Positions 11,717 to 22,500 of a DNA stretch of 64,000 bases are shown here, one piece after another. The translations under genes were made by a program, and so were the position numbers. Source of the DNA: Diplonema japonicum (lineage: Eukaryota; Protista; Euglenozoa: Diplonemea); the NCBI GenBank assembly GCA_964019335.1, contig OZ025708.1:186001-250000 (forward strand), read 5' to 3'. The notes under the pieces were generated by a model. The model had not been told where the DNA came from, ran no database searches, and worked only from the letters and a program-made list of their open reading frames with translations. The stretch's first letter is position 1. Each line of letters begins with the position of its first letter.

Positions 11717-12085
11717 TTTGTTCCCTTGCTTTTTTTTTTTTTCTCTTTTTTTTTTTCAAATTAAGTTTCTCCCCTCTCCCTGCAGAAAGATTAGAAGGTG
11801 TTACCAATGTGGGTCGTATTCCCAAACGTTTCTGCCACTTGAGGACAGCCTCAAAATAAAGAATAAAAAGAGAAAGAAAAGGAAGAATATGTACGTTCAT
11901 AAGGGCGAAGTGGGTGGGGAAAAAAGCCGGGGAAAAGAAAGCGGTACGCGAAAAGAAGAAGAAAAGTAAGAAAGAGAAAAAGGAAAGTGCTTGCTGTCTA
12001 CCACATAGGATCACGCATTTTTGTGGTTAACAACAATTGAAAAGAAAAGAGAAACTTTAAAGAGAAAAAAGAATAAGGGGTGTGC

Positions 12086-13600
12086 TTACTGGTCGAAGCA
12101 GCTGCCGGGGCCAGGGGGGGCCTGCCTGGCCACCTTGTTGTTGACGGGCGCAGCACCGACCCCACGGCGGTTGAGGAGGCACCTGAAGTAGGCAATCCTG
12201 GGGGCGGCCTTCTTCTGGTCGGTGACAGTCCTGGGGGACCACAGACGCTCAGCAATGGCGGCCATCCTGGGCCAGATCGTGTTCTGGATGTCGCTGGTGT
12301 CAACGGTCTCACCCCACATCTCACCACCCCCACCGAGCACGAGGGTGTCACAGAGGTTGTCAGCGATGCCGGTGCACGGCTCCTGCTGGTACATGGTCTC
12401 CCACGTCACGGACAGCCCATCAAGGTACCACACACCGTCGGTCGACCAGATGACACGGTAGCCAGCGGCGGTCGCCTGCTTCGCGATGGTGGACCCGGGA
12501 AGCCACTGCTGGATGATGGTCCTCTTGTCGAGCTTGGTGCCGAAGTGGTCCCACAGCTCCTCCCACCCTGTCACGGACCTGTTCATCCCGAAGACGATGT
12601 CGGACACCCTCCCGCTGAAGTAGGCGTACGCCTGGTCCGCGGTGTACCCCTGCTCGGTCAGCCATGCCTGCACAGCTGGGGTCGACGTCCAGCAGTTCGT
12701 GTTCACCTCGTCACCACCGATGTGGAAGTGGTTGTCGATGGTGGCATCCTTCAGGTCCTTGAACAGCCCTTCGATGAGCTCAAAGGTGGCGTTCGTTGCG
12801 GGGTTCAGGGGCATTGTGCAGGTGGGCGAGGGGCAGATCTCAGGGTGGCCCTTGCACCACGAAGCGGCGTGCCCGGGAGTGTCGACCTCCACGAGCACAC
12901 GCACACCCCTCTGCCTGGCGTACTCCACAACGTCCTTCACGTCGTTCTGGCTGAACCTCTCGAAGTTGGAGTAGGCACCCATCTTCGACAGCTTAGGGTA
13001 GGTGGGGGAGTCGTACGGGAAGGACTGCTGGTCCACAAGATGCCAGTGCATCGTGTTGATCTTTGCGTAGGTGAAGCTAGTGATGATGTTCTTGAGGGTC
13101 TCCACGGGCTCGAAGTGGCGGGCGGAGTCGATCAGCACTTCACGGTGGATGAACCTCGGCTTGTCGTTGATGACCCAGGGACCGTTCTTGACCACGTACT
13201 GCTGGGTGTCGAAGTCGAAGATCACCAGCTGAGAGAGCGTCTCCATTGCGTAGTACGCGCCGAACTGTGTGGGAGCGTTGATGGTGATCGCGCTTCCAGT
13301 CACCGACAGGGTGTACGACTCGTCCACGCCAAGCTGCAGCTCCGCAAAGGGGTTCTCAACAGTCACCGTGGCGGTAAAGAGCCCGCCGATGTCGACGGGC
13401 CTGTGCTGGAAGGTCTGTGCCCTGTAGCGCCCGAAGGCTGCCGTCAGGTCATCAGAAGGTGTCGTGGTATTGAACTGGAAGTTTCTCCCATCGATGGCAA
13501 TTGTTAACGTCCCGTTCGTGAAGGACGAGGGCAGCGGCCAGATCATCGGATCGGCACTGCATGCCGCCACAGCGGCAAGCAAGACAGGCAGCACACGCAT
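12086..13600 (-). CDS. Beta-N-acetylhexosaminidase (GH20), secreted/lysosomal
   Basis: Signal peptide; DKPRFIHREVLIDSARHF; NTMHWHLVDQQSFP; EVDTPGH; catalytic HIGGDEV; MWGE; WPRMAAIAERLWS. Confidence 0.95.
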   Translation of the reverse strand: MRVLPVLLAAVAACSADPMIWPLPSSFTNGTLTIAIDGRNFQFNTTTPSDDLTAAFGRYRAQTFQHRPVDIGGLFTATVTVENPFAELQLGVDESYTLSVTGSAITINAPTQFGAYYAMETLSQLVIFDFDTQQYVVKNGPWVINDKPRFIHREVLIDSARHFEPVETLKNIITSFTYAKINTMHWHLVDQQSFPYDSPTYPKLSKMGAYSNFERFSQNDVKDVVEYARQRGVRVLVEVDTPGHAASWCKGHPEICPSPTCTMPLNPATNATFELIEGLFKDLKDATIDNHFHIGGDEVNTNCWTSTPAVQAWLTEQGYTADQAYAYFSGRVSDIVFGMNRSVTGWEELWDHFGTKLDKRTIIQQWLPGSTIAKQATAAGYRVIWSTDGVWYLDGLSVTWETMYQQEPCTGIADNLCDTLVLGGGGEMWGETVDTSDIQNTIWPRMAAIAERLWSPRTVTDQKKAAPRIAYFRCLLNRRGVGAAPVNNKVARQAPPGPGSCFDQ

Positions 13601-14146
13601 CTTGGCTTAGTTTATCCTAGTGTACATTGGTTAGCAAATAACGTAACAAGCCAAATAAAAAAAACGTTAAGACGGGTGTGAATGGCACCGAGAAAACGAA
13701 AAGAAAAAAATACTGTAACGTGAAAAACGTCGGGCTGGCAAATGTCCAAGGGAAAAAAAAGGGGGGGGGGGGAGCTTCTCCAGTGGCCTTCAGTGGCCTT
13801 CAAGAAGAATCTCCCTCCCGACTGGCAAATCCCCAGATGCCGGAAAAAATCGAACAGTTTTTGTCAGTCTTAACACTTTTTCATTTTGCGTAAAAAAAAA
13901 AAAAAAAGAAGGAACGAAAAAAAAAAAAAAAAAAGAAGAAGAAAAAACCCAAAGACATGCCACTATATACTGGGCCCGGCTGTAAGCGAGAGGATGCAGC
14001 CGTTGGCAACAAAACACACGCACACAGGTCATCCGCAACACCCCCGCGTGACCCCCCACAAGAACCGGAACGGCGCCTCTGCTGTCGTAACGACTGCTTT
14101 CCTAAACTGGGGGTCAAACGCGCGGTCCGGCGTAGAGTGGCGCAGC

Positions 14147-15883
14147 TCACATCCTCGCCTGCAGCAGCCTCACCGCCTCGTTGTTGACAGGTGTCTTCAG
14201 GTTTCCTTGCTGCCAGTAGATGGCGGCGCACTGTCGGATGGCTTCAGCCGTTGTGGGGTAAGGGTGCATGATCCCAGCAAGGGCGGAGAGGCCTGTCCCC
14301 GTGGTCATGCACACAGTGATCTCAGAGATGAGGTCTCCCGCAGAAGGGCCCACAATGGTGGCACCCAGGATACGGTCCGTCCCCTCTGCGCAAGTGATCT
14401 TCACGAACCCTGACGTCACGCCCTCGCACTTGCATCGGTCCACGTCAGCGAGGTTCCGCCTGTAGGACTTGAAGGCGATACCCTTCGTCTTCAACTCCTC
14501 TTCGTACTTCCCGACGTGCGATATCTCAGGCGATGTGTACGTGCACCACGGTGTCAACAGGTTGCTGCTGGTCTCCTTCAACCCTAGGAACATGTTTCTG
14601 ATGGCAGTGCGTGCCTGCCAATCAGCTGCGTGCGTGAACTTAAACGGCGAAGCGACGTCCCCGCAGGCATAGATGTGGGGCACGGTCGTCATGAAGTGGT
14701 CATTGACGACGACGCCCTGTCGTGTGTCGTAGTCCACCCCAGCCACGTCCAACCCCAGACCGTGCACGTTGGGCACACGCCCTGTGGCGTTCAGGAGCGC
14801 TTCACACTTGATCACCTCTGTCGCCCCGTCCTTTGTCACGACTGTCACTTGGTACGTGTTCCACGGTGCGCAGGTACGGGGGGTGCCTTGAACGTCGCCG
14901 TCCACCTTCGTGATCTTGCACCCTGTCACAATGCGCAGGTTCGGTTCCTTCTCCAGTGCTTCCTGTACGCAAGCAGCCGCGTCCGGGTCCTCTCTTGGGA
15001 GCAACTGCGGGGCGGCCTCCAGGACAGTAACGTTGCATCCAAACCTCGCCATGGTCTGCGCCATCTCGATCCCGATGGGCCCCGCACCGATGAGCACCAT
15101 CTTGGGGGGCAGCTCGGTGAGGTTGAAGAAGGTGTTGTTCGTCAGGTGGGGTGTGTTCTGAAGACCGGGGATGGGCGGGATACCCGCGGAGCCGCCTGTC
15201 GCGATCATCGCGTGCTTGAAGTGAATGGGCTGCGCCAGGCCCTCCACAGACACGGTGTTGGGAGAGGTGAAGGCAGCCCTTCCGAGGAAGATGTCCTCGC
15301 AGAAGTCGCGTGTGTACCTGTCTACACCGTCGTGCGGGCCGATGGCTGCGCGTAGCTCACGCATCCTCTCCATGATGAAAGGGAAGTCCACTGTCACAGG
15401 GCCGGAAACCTTCACGCCTAGACTGCCTGCCTCACGAATCTCAGCGACACGCTTTGCACACGCGATGAGGCACTTTGACGGGAAGCACCCCACATTGAGG
15501 CAGTCCCCGCCCAGGTACTGCTGCTCGATCATGCAGACCTTCTTGCCGAGTGCCTTGCCCATGATAGACGACAGGAGGCCCGCCACACCTGCCCCGATGA
15601 CGACAAGGTCGTAGCTGTCCTTCACGGTAGGGTGCGCGCGGTTCTTGGGTCCGACGTGGCTCACTAGGAACTTGTTGTGCTCGTCGTCAGGGGAGACCTC
15701 AGCGTGCCCTGCAACAGGGACCTCCCCCTTCCCCCCTTTGGGAAGGGTGATCGAGGGGTTCAAATCAATTGTGTTAACGCCACTGTGCAGCGGGCCCAAC
15801 ACATCCCCAATAGACCGCTTCCCAGCTACGATATCAGCTACAAGTTGCGCTGCGGCGGCCTCGGTGCTCTGCTCTGGGTTCAT
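14147..15883 (-). CDS. Class-I pyridine nucleotide-disulfide oxidoreductase (MerA/Lpd-like), intronless
   Basis: VVIGAGVAG; redox motif GGDCLNVGCFPSK; GAGPIGIE; IYACGDV; HPYPT. No C-terminal Cys-Cys of true MerA. Confidence 0.85.
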   Translation of the reverse strand: MNPEQSTEAAAAQLVADIVAGKRSIGDVLGPLHSGVNTIDLNPSITLPKGGKGEVPVAGHAEVSPDDEHNKFLVSHVGPKNRAHPTVKDSYDLVVIGAGVAGLLSSIMGKALGKKVCMIEQQYLGGDCLNVGCFPSKCLIACAKRVAEIREAGSLGVKVSGPVTVDFPFIMERMRELRAAIGPHDGVDRYTRDFCEDIFLGRAAFTSPNTVSVEGLAQPIHFKHAMIATGGSAGIPPIPGLQNTPHLTNNTFFNLTELPPKMVLIGAGPIGIEMAQTMARFGCNVTVLEAAPQLLPREDPDAAACVQEALEKEPNLRIVTGCKITKVDGDVQGTPRTCAPWNTYQVTVVTKDGATEVIKCEALLNATGRVPNVHGLGLDVAGVDYDTRQGVVVNDHFMTTVPHIYACGDVASPFKFTHAADWQARTAIRNMFLGLKETSSNLLTPWCTYTSPEISHVGKYEEELKTKGIAFKSYRRNLADVDRCKCEGVTSGFVKITCAEGTDRILGATIVGPSAGDLISEITVCMTTGTGLSALAGIMHPYPTTAEAIRQCAAIYWQQGNLKTPVNNEAVRLLQARM

Positions 15884-16883
15884 GGTGTGTGTGTGTGTGT
15901 GTGTTTTTTTTTTTTTTCTCTAACTGAGGGAGGTGAGGTAAGGAGGGGCTAAAAGGGGGTGGTGCGTTGAAATAACTAATAAGAAGAGAAAAAAAAAAGG
16001 GAAAAAAAACTCAGTTCACGGGAAGCAAAAAAAAAAAATTTTTTTTTAAAATCTGCTTACAGACTTTGGTGGGGGAAAAAAAAAAAATAAAGATTTTTTT
16101 TTTGTGCTTCTTGGTTTTTATGTAAAAAAATAAAAAAAAAAAAAAATGGTGACGTAAAGAGATCGCAAGCAGTACAAAGGTAGAGAGGGGGAACGGGAGA
16201 AGGGAAGGGCGTTCTTTTTTCTTTTTTTTTTCTTTTTTTTTTTTTTTCCACGTGTAAAATAATATTTATTCGCTCACACGTGAAGGGCCATTGCACCTGT
16301 TCAGAGGTATCCTGGAGCCCCTCATGAGAAACTGAAGGAATGGGGTCTTGGGGGGTTTTTTTTTGTGTATTTTTCTCCCACCTCTTCCTTTCGGAAAAAA
16401 AAAGTTGAAGGGGGAAAAAAAAATCAACGAGAGGGGGTGTGAATGAAAAGAATGGCAAGAAATATTTAAATTGAAAAAAAAAACCCCCCCAAGAAGCACA
16501 CTGTGGCGAAACGCTTAACCCCGTGTAAGGACGTGCAGGGTCACCTGGAGAAGTTATGGAAGCCGGTTAGGAACACTTTTCTAACATTTTGGAGAGAAGT
16601 GGCAAGTTAATCCTTTGCTTGAATGCAATGGTTACATTTTTTTTTGGTTGATACAAAATTGCTGTTCATCATTTTAAAAATAAAAACAAAAAAGGAATCG
16701 ACTACCGAAATAAGTGAGAATATGCGGAGGGTGTCTTCTTTTTTTTTTTTTTTTTCTTTACACCCTTCTTTCTGCTTTTCTTTTTCATTTTTATTTTTCT
16801 TCCCGCTCCTCCCGTTTCCTTCCTCCCAAGAAGGAAAAAAAAAAAAAAAAAAAAAAAAAAACCGAAGAAATAGTTGTACAGAG

Positions 16884-16924
<41 letters not shown>

Positions 16925-17451
16925 AGAAGAAGAAGAAAAGAGCTCGTCCGGATTAAAATCAGATTGTGAACCGTTTGGTACTACACAATTAAAGGCCGCT
17001 TTTTTTTTTTTGATTAAATTGTTGACACTTCTTTTTTGGGAATTCGAATTCTTTTAATTATTGTTTTGATTATTTTGGGAATCAAAAAAAGAAAAAGAAA
17101 AACGCAGCATGCAACCATAGGTGTACTTCTTACTGTTCTTTCAATTACGATAGTTGTTTTTGCAAAATATGGTGTCCAAGCTTAGGCGGCCAGTCTGCAC
17201 TCAAAGTGGTACCTGAAATGATATTGCAAGTAAAAATAAAAGGCGAAAACAGTAAAAAAAAATTTACTAAAGCAAAGATGTACTTAAGAAATTTAACGGG
17301 GTTCTCCGCTGTACAGAGGGGATTTGTTAACATTTTTTTTTTTTTTTTTTTTTCCCGGACGAACTCATATTAAAAAAAAAAAAAGAAAAAAAAAGAAGAA
17401 AAAAAACACTTAATCCCCTTCCCCCTCCCTCTTTTTTTTTTTTTTTTTTCC

Positions 17452-17562
17452 TTACAATTCAGCATCTAGTTCTGCAAACACCAATGCTTGCTCGTTCGTG
17501 TCGGGCTTAGCCAATTGTGTGGCGAACACATCTTGAACCCAATCCCGCATCACTTGTCTGGG

Positions 17563-17601
<39 letters not shown>

Positions 17602-19061
17602 CCCCACCCCGCCACAAACCTAGCTTTCCCTGCAGTAGTAAAACGAAACCACGGGTGCCCAAGCAAATTTTTACAAGTCCACCTACTTTCAGAATCCTTC
17701 TCAACGCATTTTGCAAAAAAGTCCACCGCCGCCTCCGAACACCCGACACTGCTCTTCTCCAAATCAGGCGGGTCGCCCTCTATAATCGCAAACAACGGAT
17801 GACAAGTATTATAAGGAGGCGTAGCGGTAAGCAGATAGAAAAGAACAAGCCCGAGCGACCATATGTCCGAAGGGAAGGAGTAATCTTCCGCACGGCACCG
17901 TTCAGGAGACATGTATGCTAAAGTACCGACAAATGTATTTGCGACGTTGCCTTCAATTGACACTACTTGCGAAGAGGAAACACCGAAATCAGACACTTTG
18001 ACACAACCCTGCTGGTTATACAGTATGTTAGCAGGCTTTATATCTCTGTGGATAATTTTTCGTTCGTGGTGCAGGTAGAGCAACGCTTCAAGGGTCTGCC
18101 ACACGCAAGACTGCGCTGCGACTTCTGTCATCTTTCCGCCTTCCTTCACCAAGTGGTTCAGAGATTCCGACATCCTCTCCAGAGCTATCAGAATATTCCC
18201 ATTGTCGTAAAACGAACCGTGGAAGTCCACGATGTACCCACACCGATTGTCGAAGAGAAGCCGGAGCTCCTTGTCGATCTCCTCGATTTTCCGTTGGTCC
18301 ATTGTCTTAATAACCTTTATGGCCACGTTTTTTCCGGTCGGTTTGTGGATAACACCGTACACCTCGCCGGATGCACCTCGGCCTATTTTCTCTTTATTCT
18401 CGATGTCTAGATCTGTCAAGTGGTCGATGATTTTGTTGTGAGACATGTCGCACATCGACTTTGGTTCCATCAATCGATCGTCCCGCTTTGTACCAGTGTT
18501 GTCGATTGTGAAGGAACCAACTGAGATGTTCATGTCGGCCTCGCCTGTTGTCCATGCGACAGGTTTCTTCCCGCTGATGAAGGTATCTTCTTTGCAGTCT
18601 GGGTGGTCGTCTAGCTTGACGTGGCGGCCTTGTTTGGTGTCCACGATTCGTTGTGTGATGACTTGTTCCATGATGCTTGTGGATTTGTTGGGTTCTCCTA
18701 GTCCGAGGAGCTTCCGGAGTTTCGCACGGGAGGTGATGGAGTTGTCTTTCCTCGGGCAGCTGTCGTCGAATACTTTCAGAACCTCTTGCATTTTTTTCTT
18801 GTTGAGATACTCGCGGAGCAGGGCTTGTGTCACCCGGTCGACTTCTTCGTCGCCCACGTTTCCATCCACTGCCATCTCGTACCCCATCTCCCCTTCCGCG
18901 AAGACCCCCATTACCTCTTTTGCGTCGAACTGTGGGACATACATCCCGTCGTCCGTGTGGCTTTCCACCCCCGCGCTGCCCAATGGAGCGTCATTTGGTG
19001 AACTGTCTGCTTGGCCTCCCAAAGGTATCAGTTGCTTGAGCCCCACCGGCCTGCGGGGCAT
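17452..19061 (-). CDS. MAP kinase kinase (STE7 family) with extra N-terminal LisH-like domain, 2 exons
   Basis: GRGASGEV, VAIKVI, IIHRDIKPANIL, VKVSDFGVS and ANTFVGTLAYMSPER motifs; N-terminal docking-like RRPVGLKQLIPL. Intron 17558-17619 gives the C-terminus ...AELDAEL*. Confidence 0.9.
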
Positions 19062-19525
19062 TTTTTTTTCCACCCCCTCCCCCCCCTTTTTGTTAGGTCG
19101 TATAGGAGGGACAATAATGACAGGGAAAGAAATAGGGGAAGATAATTATAACTTTATTTTTTTTTTTTTGGTTTGTGTGTAAATGAATTTGGGGAAAAAA
19201 AGAAGGTTCAAATTGTCTTGTACATAAAAAAGGGGGGGGGGGATGGATAAGAGAATATGAGGAACAAATTCTAAACCTAATTTCTTTTTTTTTCCTTTTT
19301 TTTTTCTCTCCCTCCTTTTTAAAATCAAACGGTACCCTCAGCAACTTAGTAAAGGGGAAGGAGGAGGGTGTAAAAAGAAAGAGAAAAAAAAAACAGAAAC
19401 AGAACTTAAGAACTTAGTCTCTAGGAAGAAAAGGCAATAAAAACACACACGCAGGGGAGGGGGGGAGTGGGAACAGCTCCTCCTTTTCTTTTTCTTCTTT
19501 TTCTTTTTCTTTACGTATTATCCAA

Positions 19526-22500
19526 TCAAAAAGACTTCATGAATTGACTGAATTCTTCCAGTGTGAGAACATCCTACAGATTTTTTGATTTTTTTTAAAA
19601 AGTTTTCCCCTCCAAAAGAACATACATCCTGGTCTGTGTCATAAGTCATGAATATAGGACGCAGCTTATCAACATCAGGCTCAGCGAGGCCTTCTGCAAG
19701 CTTCTGAAGAGTGAGCCCAGGGGGATCGCCCTCAGCGTAACAATCGAAGAACTCCTTGATCTCATTCGAACTCACAGAATACTGCACAGGGGCTCGCGAG
19801 GTCCTTCGTTTGATAGACGGCAGTGTCGAAGGGGGCACAGGACGGTGCGCTGCTGCATGTAACACTTCATGCCTGCGGCAGTGCGGGAAGGCGAACTGAA
19901 GGAATTCAGCAAAGGTGATCCTGGAAGGATCCTGCCCTACCTTGAAGACGTCCCTCGCAAGGAGCTTCCTCTTGAGCTTTTCAAGAACACGTTCGTCTTG
20001 TGTGCTATGCGATGTGAGCCTAGAGAGTCGCTGCCTCGCTTGCTTCTCATAAGCATCGACTTCTGCTACAGAAATAACCCCATCACCATTGAGGTCAATA
20101 ACATCAAATAGCCCTGCCACTGCTTCCACCCTCTCTGGTGTGATCTCCCTCCCCAGCCTGTTCCATTCAAGGTGCGACGCGATCTGCCGTGCCACATGCG
20201 AGGGCACAGATGTGGACGACACTTTCACATGCTCCATCTCAGAGCGTGCCTGGACCAGAGCCAGCAGGCACCTTCCTGCGATGATCGTTAGTTGCCTGTT
20301 GCCCGAAACGTCTATTTCCTCGACCCCAGGGTGGTCCTGTAGTGTCTCGCAAAGGAGCCTCAAGTCGCTGTTGTCCAGCCCGTTGTCGCGGACGTTGATG
20401 GACCGCAGGGACTTGTTCATCCTCACGATGTCGAGGAAGGGCTTCATGCTGGCGATGTAGTTGCACGAGAGGTCTAGTTCCTTCATCGTGTATGAGCCGT
20501 CCGTGTCGCAGACCGTCTTCACGAACATCGAGTTCGGCTTCATCTTGCACCGCCTGCACTCAGACAAGTAGATGTCCTTGACAGACATGTTGAGCTTCTT
20601 GTATTCCGCCTCGCGTTCTGCGTACTCCTCGCTCTCCAACCTCCACGACGTGTTGGCAAGCTCTGGTGCATCGTCGTACTCATCCCACCCTGGAGGGAAC
20701 GCACCGCCTGTGCTCTCTGCTACGCTGTCTTGCGATGTTGCGGCTTCCCCTTTCTGCACCGACTTTCTCTGCCCTCCTCCGTACGAAGTGATGATGAACG
20801 GGGAGTAACTACTTGCACCGACACCTGCTGGCTCTTTGCTTTGTTCCTGCGTCTCCTGCGTCTGCACGCCTGCATAGATTTGTGCTGCGGGCCTTTGTGC
20901 GTTGCTTTGCAGGTTTCTATTGTGCTGTTCTAGCAGTGTGGACCTTCGCGTCTCGGCAGCCATCTTGTCCCGTTCCACGCGTTGCAGAAGCCTGGCTTCC
21001 CGTGATGCGATCTCAAGAGCCATTCTCTCCCTCTCCTTTGCCCTTTCTTCCATCTCCATGGAATTGATCTCGCACCCCCCGGTGTCCTCCTTGTTGCTGT
21101 CGAAGGTCTCGAGCTTCCTGCGCAGCAGAGCCAACATCTTGTCGCGGGCTAACTTCTTTTCGGCTTCTAGTTTCGCTTCGTACTCTTGGCGTTGGGTGCG
21201 CTGCCGTTGCTCTTCAAGTCTTTCCTCACGCGCCAGGCGTGTTTCTACCCCAAGGCTGGAATTTTGGGTGCCCTTTGCATCGCGTTGTGCCCTTTGCTTC
21301 ATGAGGCGTTCTGTTGATTGCTTTTGGCGGGAGCGCACCACGGAGAGTTCTTGTGCCCTGAAACGCTCCTGCCGTTGTTTTTCTCGTTCCAGTCGCCTCC
21401 GCTGATTTTCCTCCCTGGCCTGCTCTGCTACTGTCTGTCGCATTTTCAAGAACTCCATCACTCGTTTGTTTCTATTCTTGATGAACAGCATGAGCCGTTT
21501 CCGTTCCGTGTCCTCCTTTGTCGCCCGCAATGCCATGCGCAGCTCGAGTTCCCTGCGCCACTCTGCTTGCTTGTCGGCAAGCTCGCGAAGCCGCTGCAGC
21601 CGTTCTCGTTCCGCCTTCAGGTTCTGCAGCTTTTGATTCCTCAACCACTCTTTCCAGCTCAGATCGCGTTCAAGCTGTTGTTTTTCCAGTTGGTCGAGAC
21701 GCTTGGCCCGCTCGCTGGCTCGGTGCTCCTTGTCGCGGGCAAGGTCTTCCATGTACATCTCCCACGCTTTGTCGCCTTTCTGCTTTGACAGCATCACATG
21801 CCGTTTGGCAGTTGGCATCTGATTGTAAGTAGGCAGCCCGTCCCACGCTGATTGGTACTCATCGATGCTGCCTCCGAAGCGCATTCCACGGCTGAAACCG
21901 CCGCCGCCTTTCTTCGAAAAGCTGCCGCCCACGTCGTACTCACCACCTCTGCTCTCGCGGCGTGCTTTGCTGTTCCGTCGTGCCGCCGACTCGAATCTCA
22001 GCTTTTTTTCTTCCTCCTCTTCCACTGTTATGCGTTCCTTTCCCGCCGCGATGACCTCCTTGTGGTTCTGCGCTTTGTACAATCTTCTCTGCTCCTCCTC
22101 CTGAACCCTCCGGTATTTCTCGTAGCGGTTTTGCTTCTCCTTTCGCAAATCGAGCTCCTGCTGTCTGCGCGCCCTCATGGTCTCGGCTTCTTGTTGCATC
22201 TCCTTGTCCGCCACGTCGCTGGAGTCGATGACACTTTTGATCTTTTTCTGGAGTTCCTTGTGCTCTTCTGTCCCTTCAGGGGTCATGCAGAGTGCTCGCT
22301 CAAGGATTCGTCTGCGCGAGGCGGCGTCTTGTTTCCGTTTGTTGTGCAGGCGTTCTACAAAGCGTTCTTCCCGGCGGTGTTCTTTGTCCTCTTCGTCGTC
22401 ATGTATGCGGGTTGCGCGTTTCAGTTTCTTCGCGCGGACCTTGCGGGACCTCTCTAGGACGTGGACTGTGCTTGTCCAACTTGCTGCGCTGAAGTCATCA

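Noticed and set aside
12080-13507. 475-aa plus-strand ORF and similar long antisense ORFs over calreticulin, IlvD, the giant gene and the LINE
   Set aside because: Antisense shadows of GC3-rich coding sequence on the other strand.
14147-15883. True mercuric reductase (merA)
   Set aside because: It lacks the C-terminal Cys-Cys pair and the NmerA domain, so only a family-level call is made.
16270-17370. GC-balanced islands between homopolymers, with one apparent GT-AG intron at about 17213-17283
   Set aside because: All frames tried hit early stops and no snoRNA boxes could be assigned; left unannotated.
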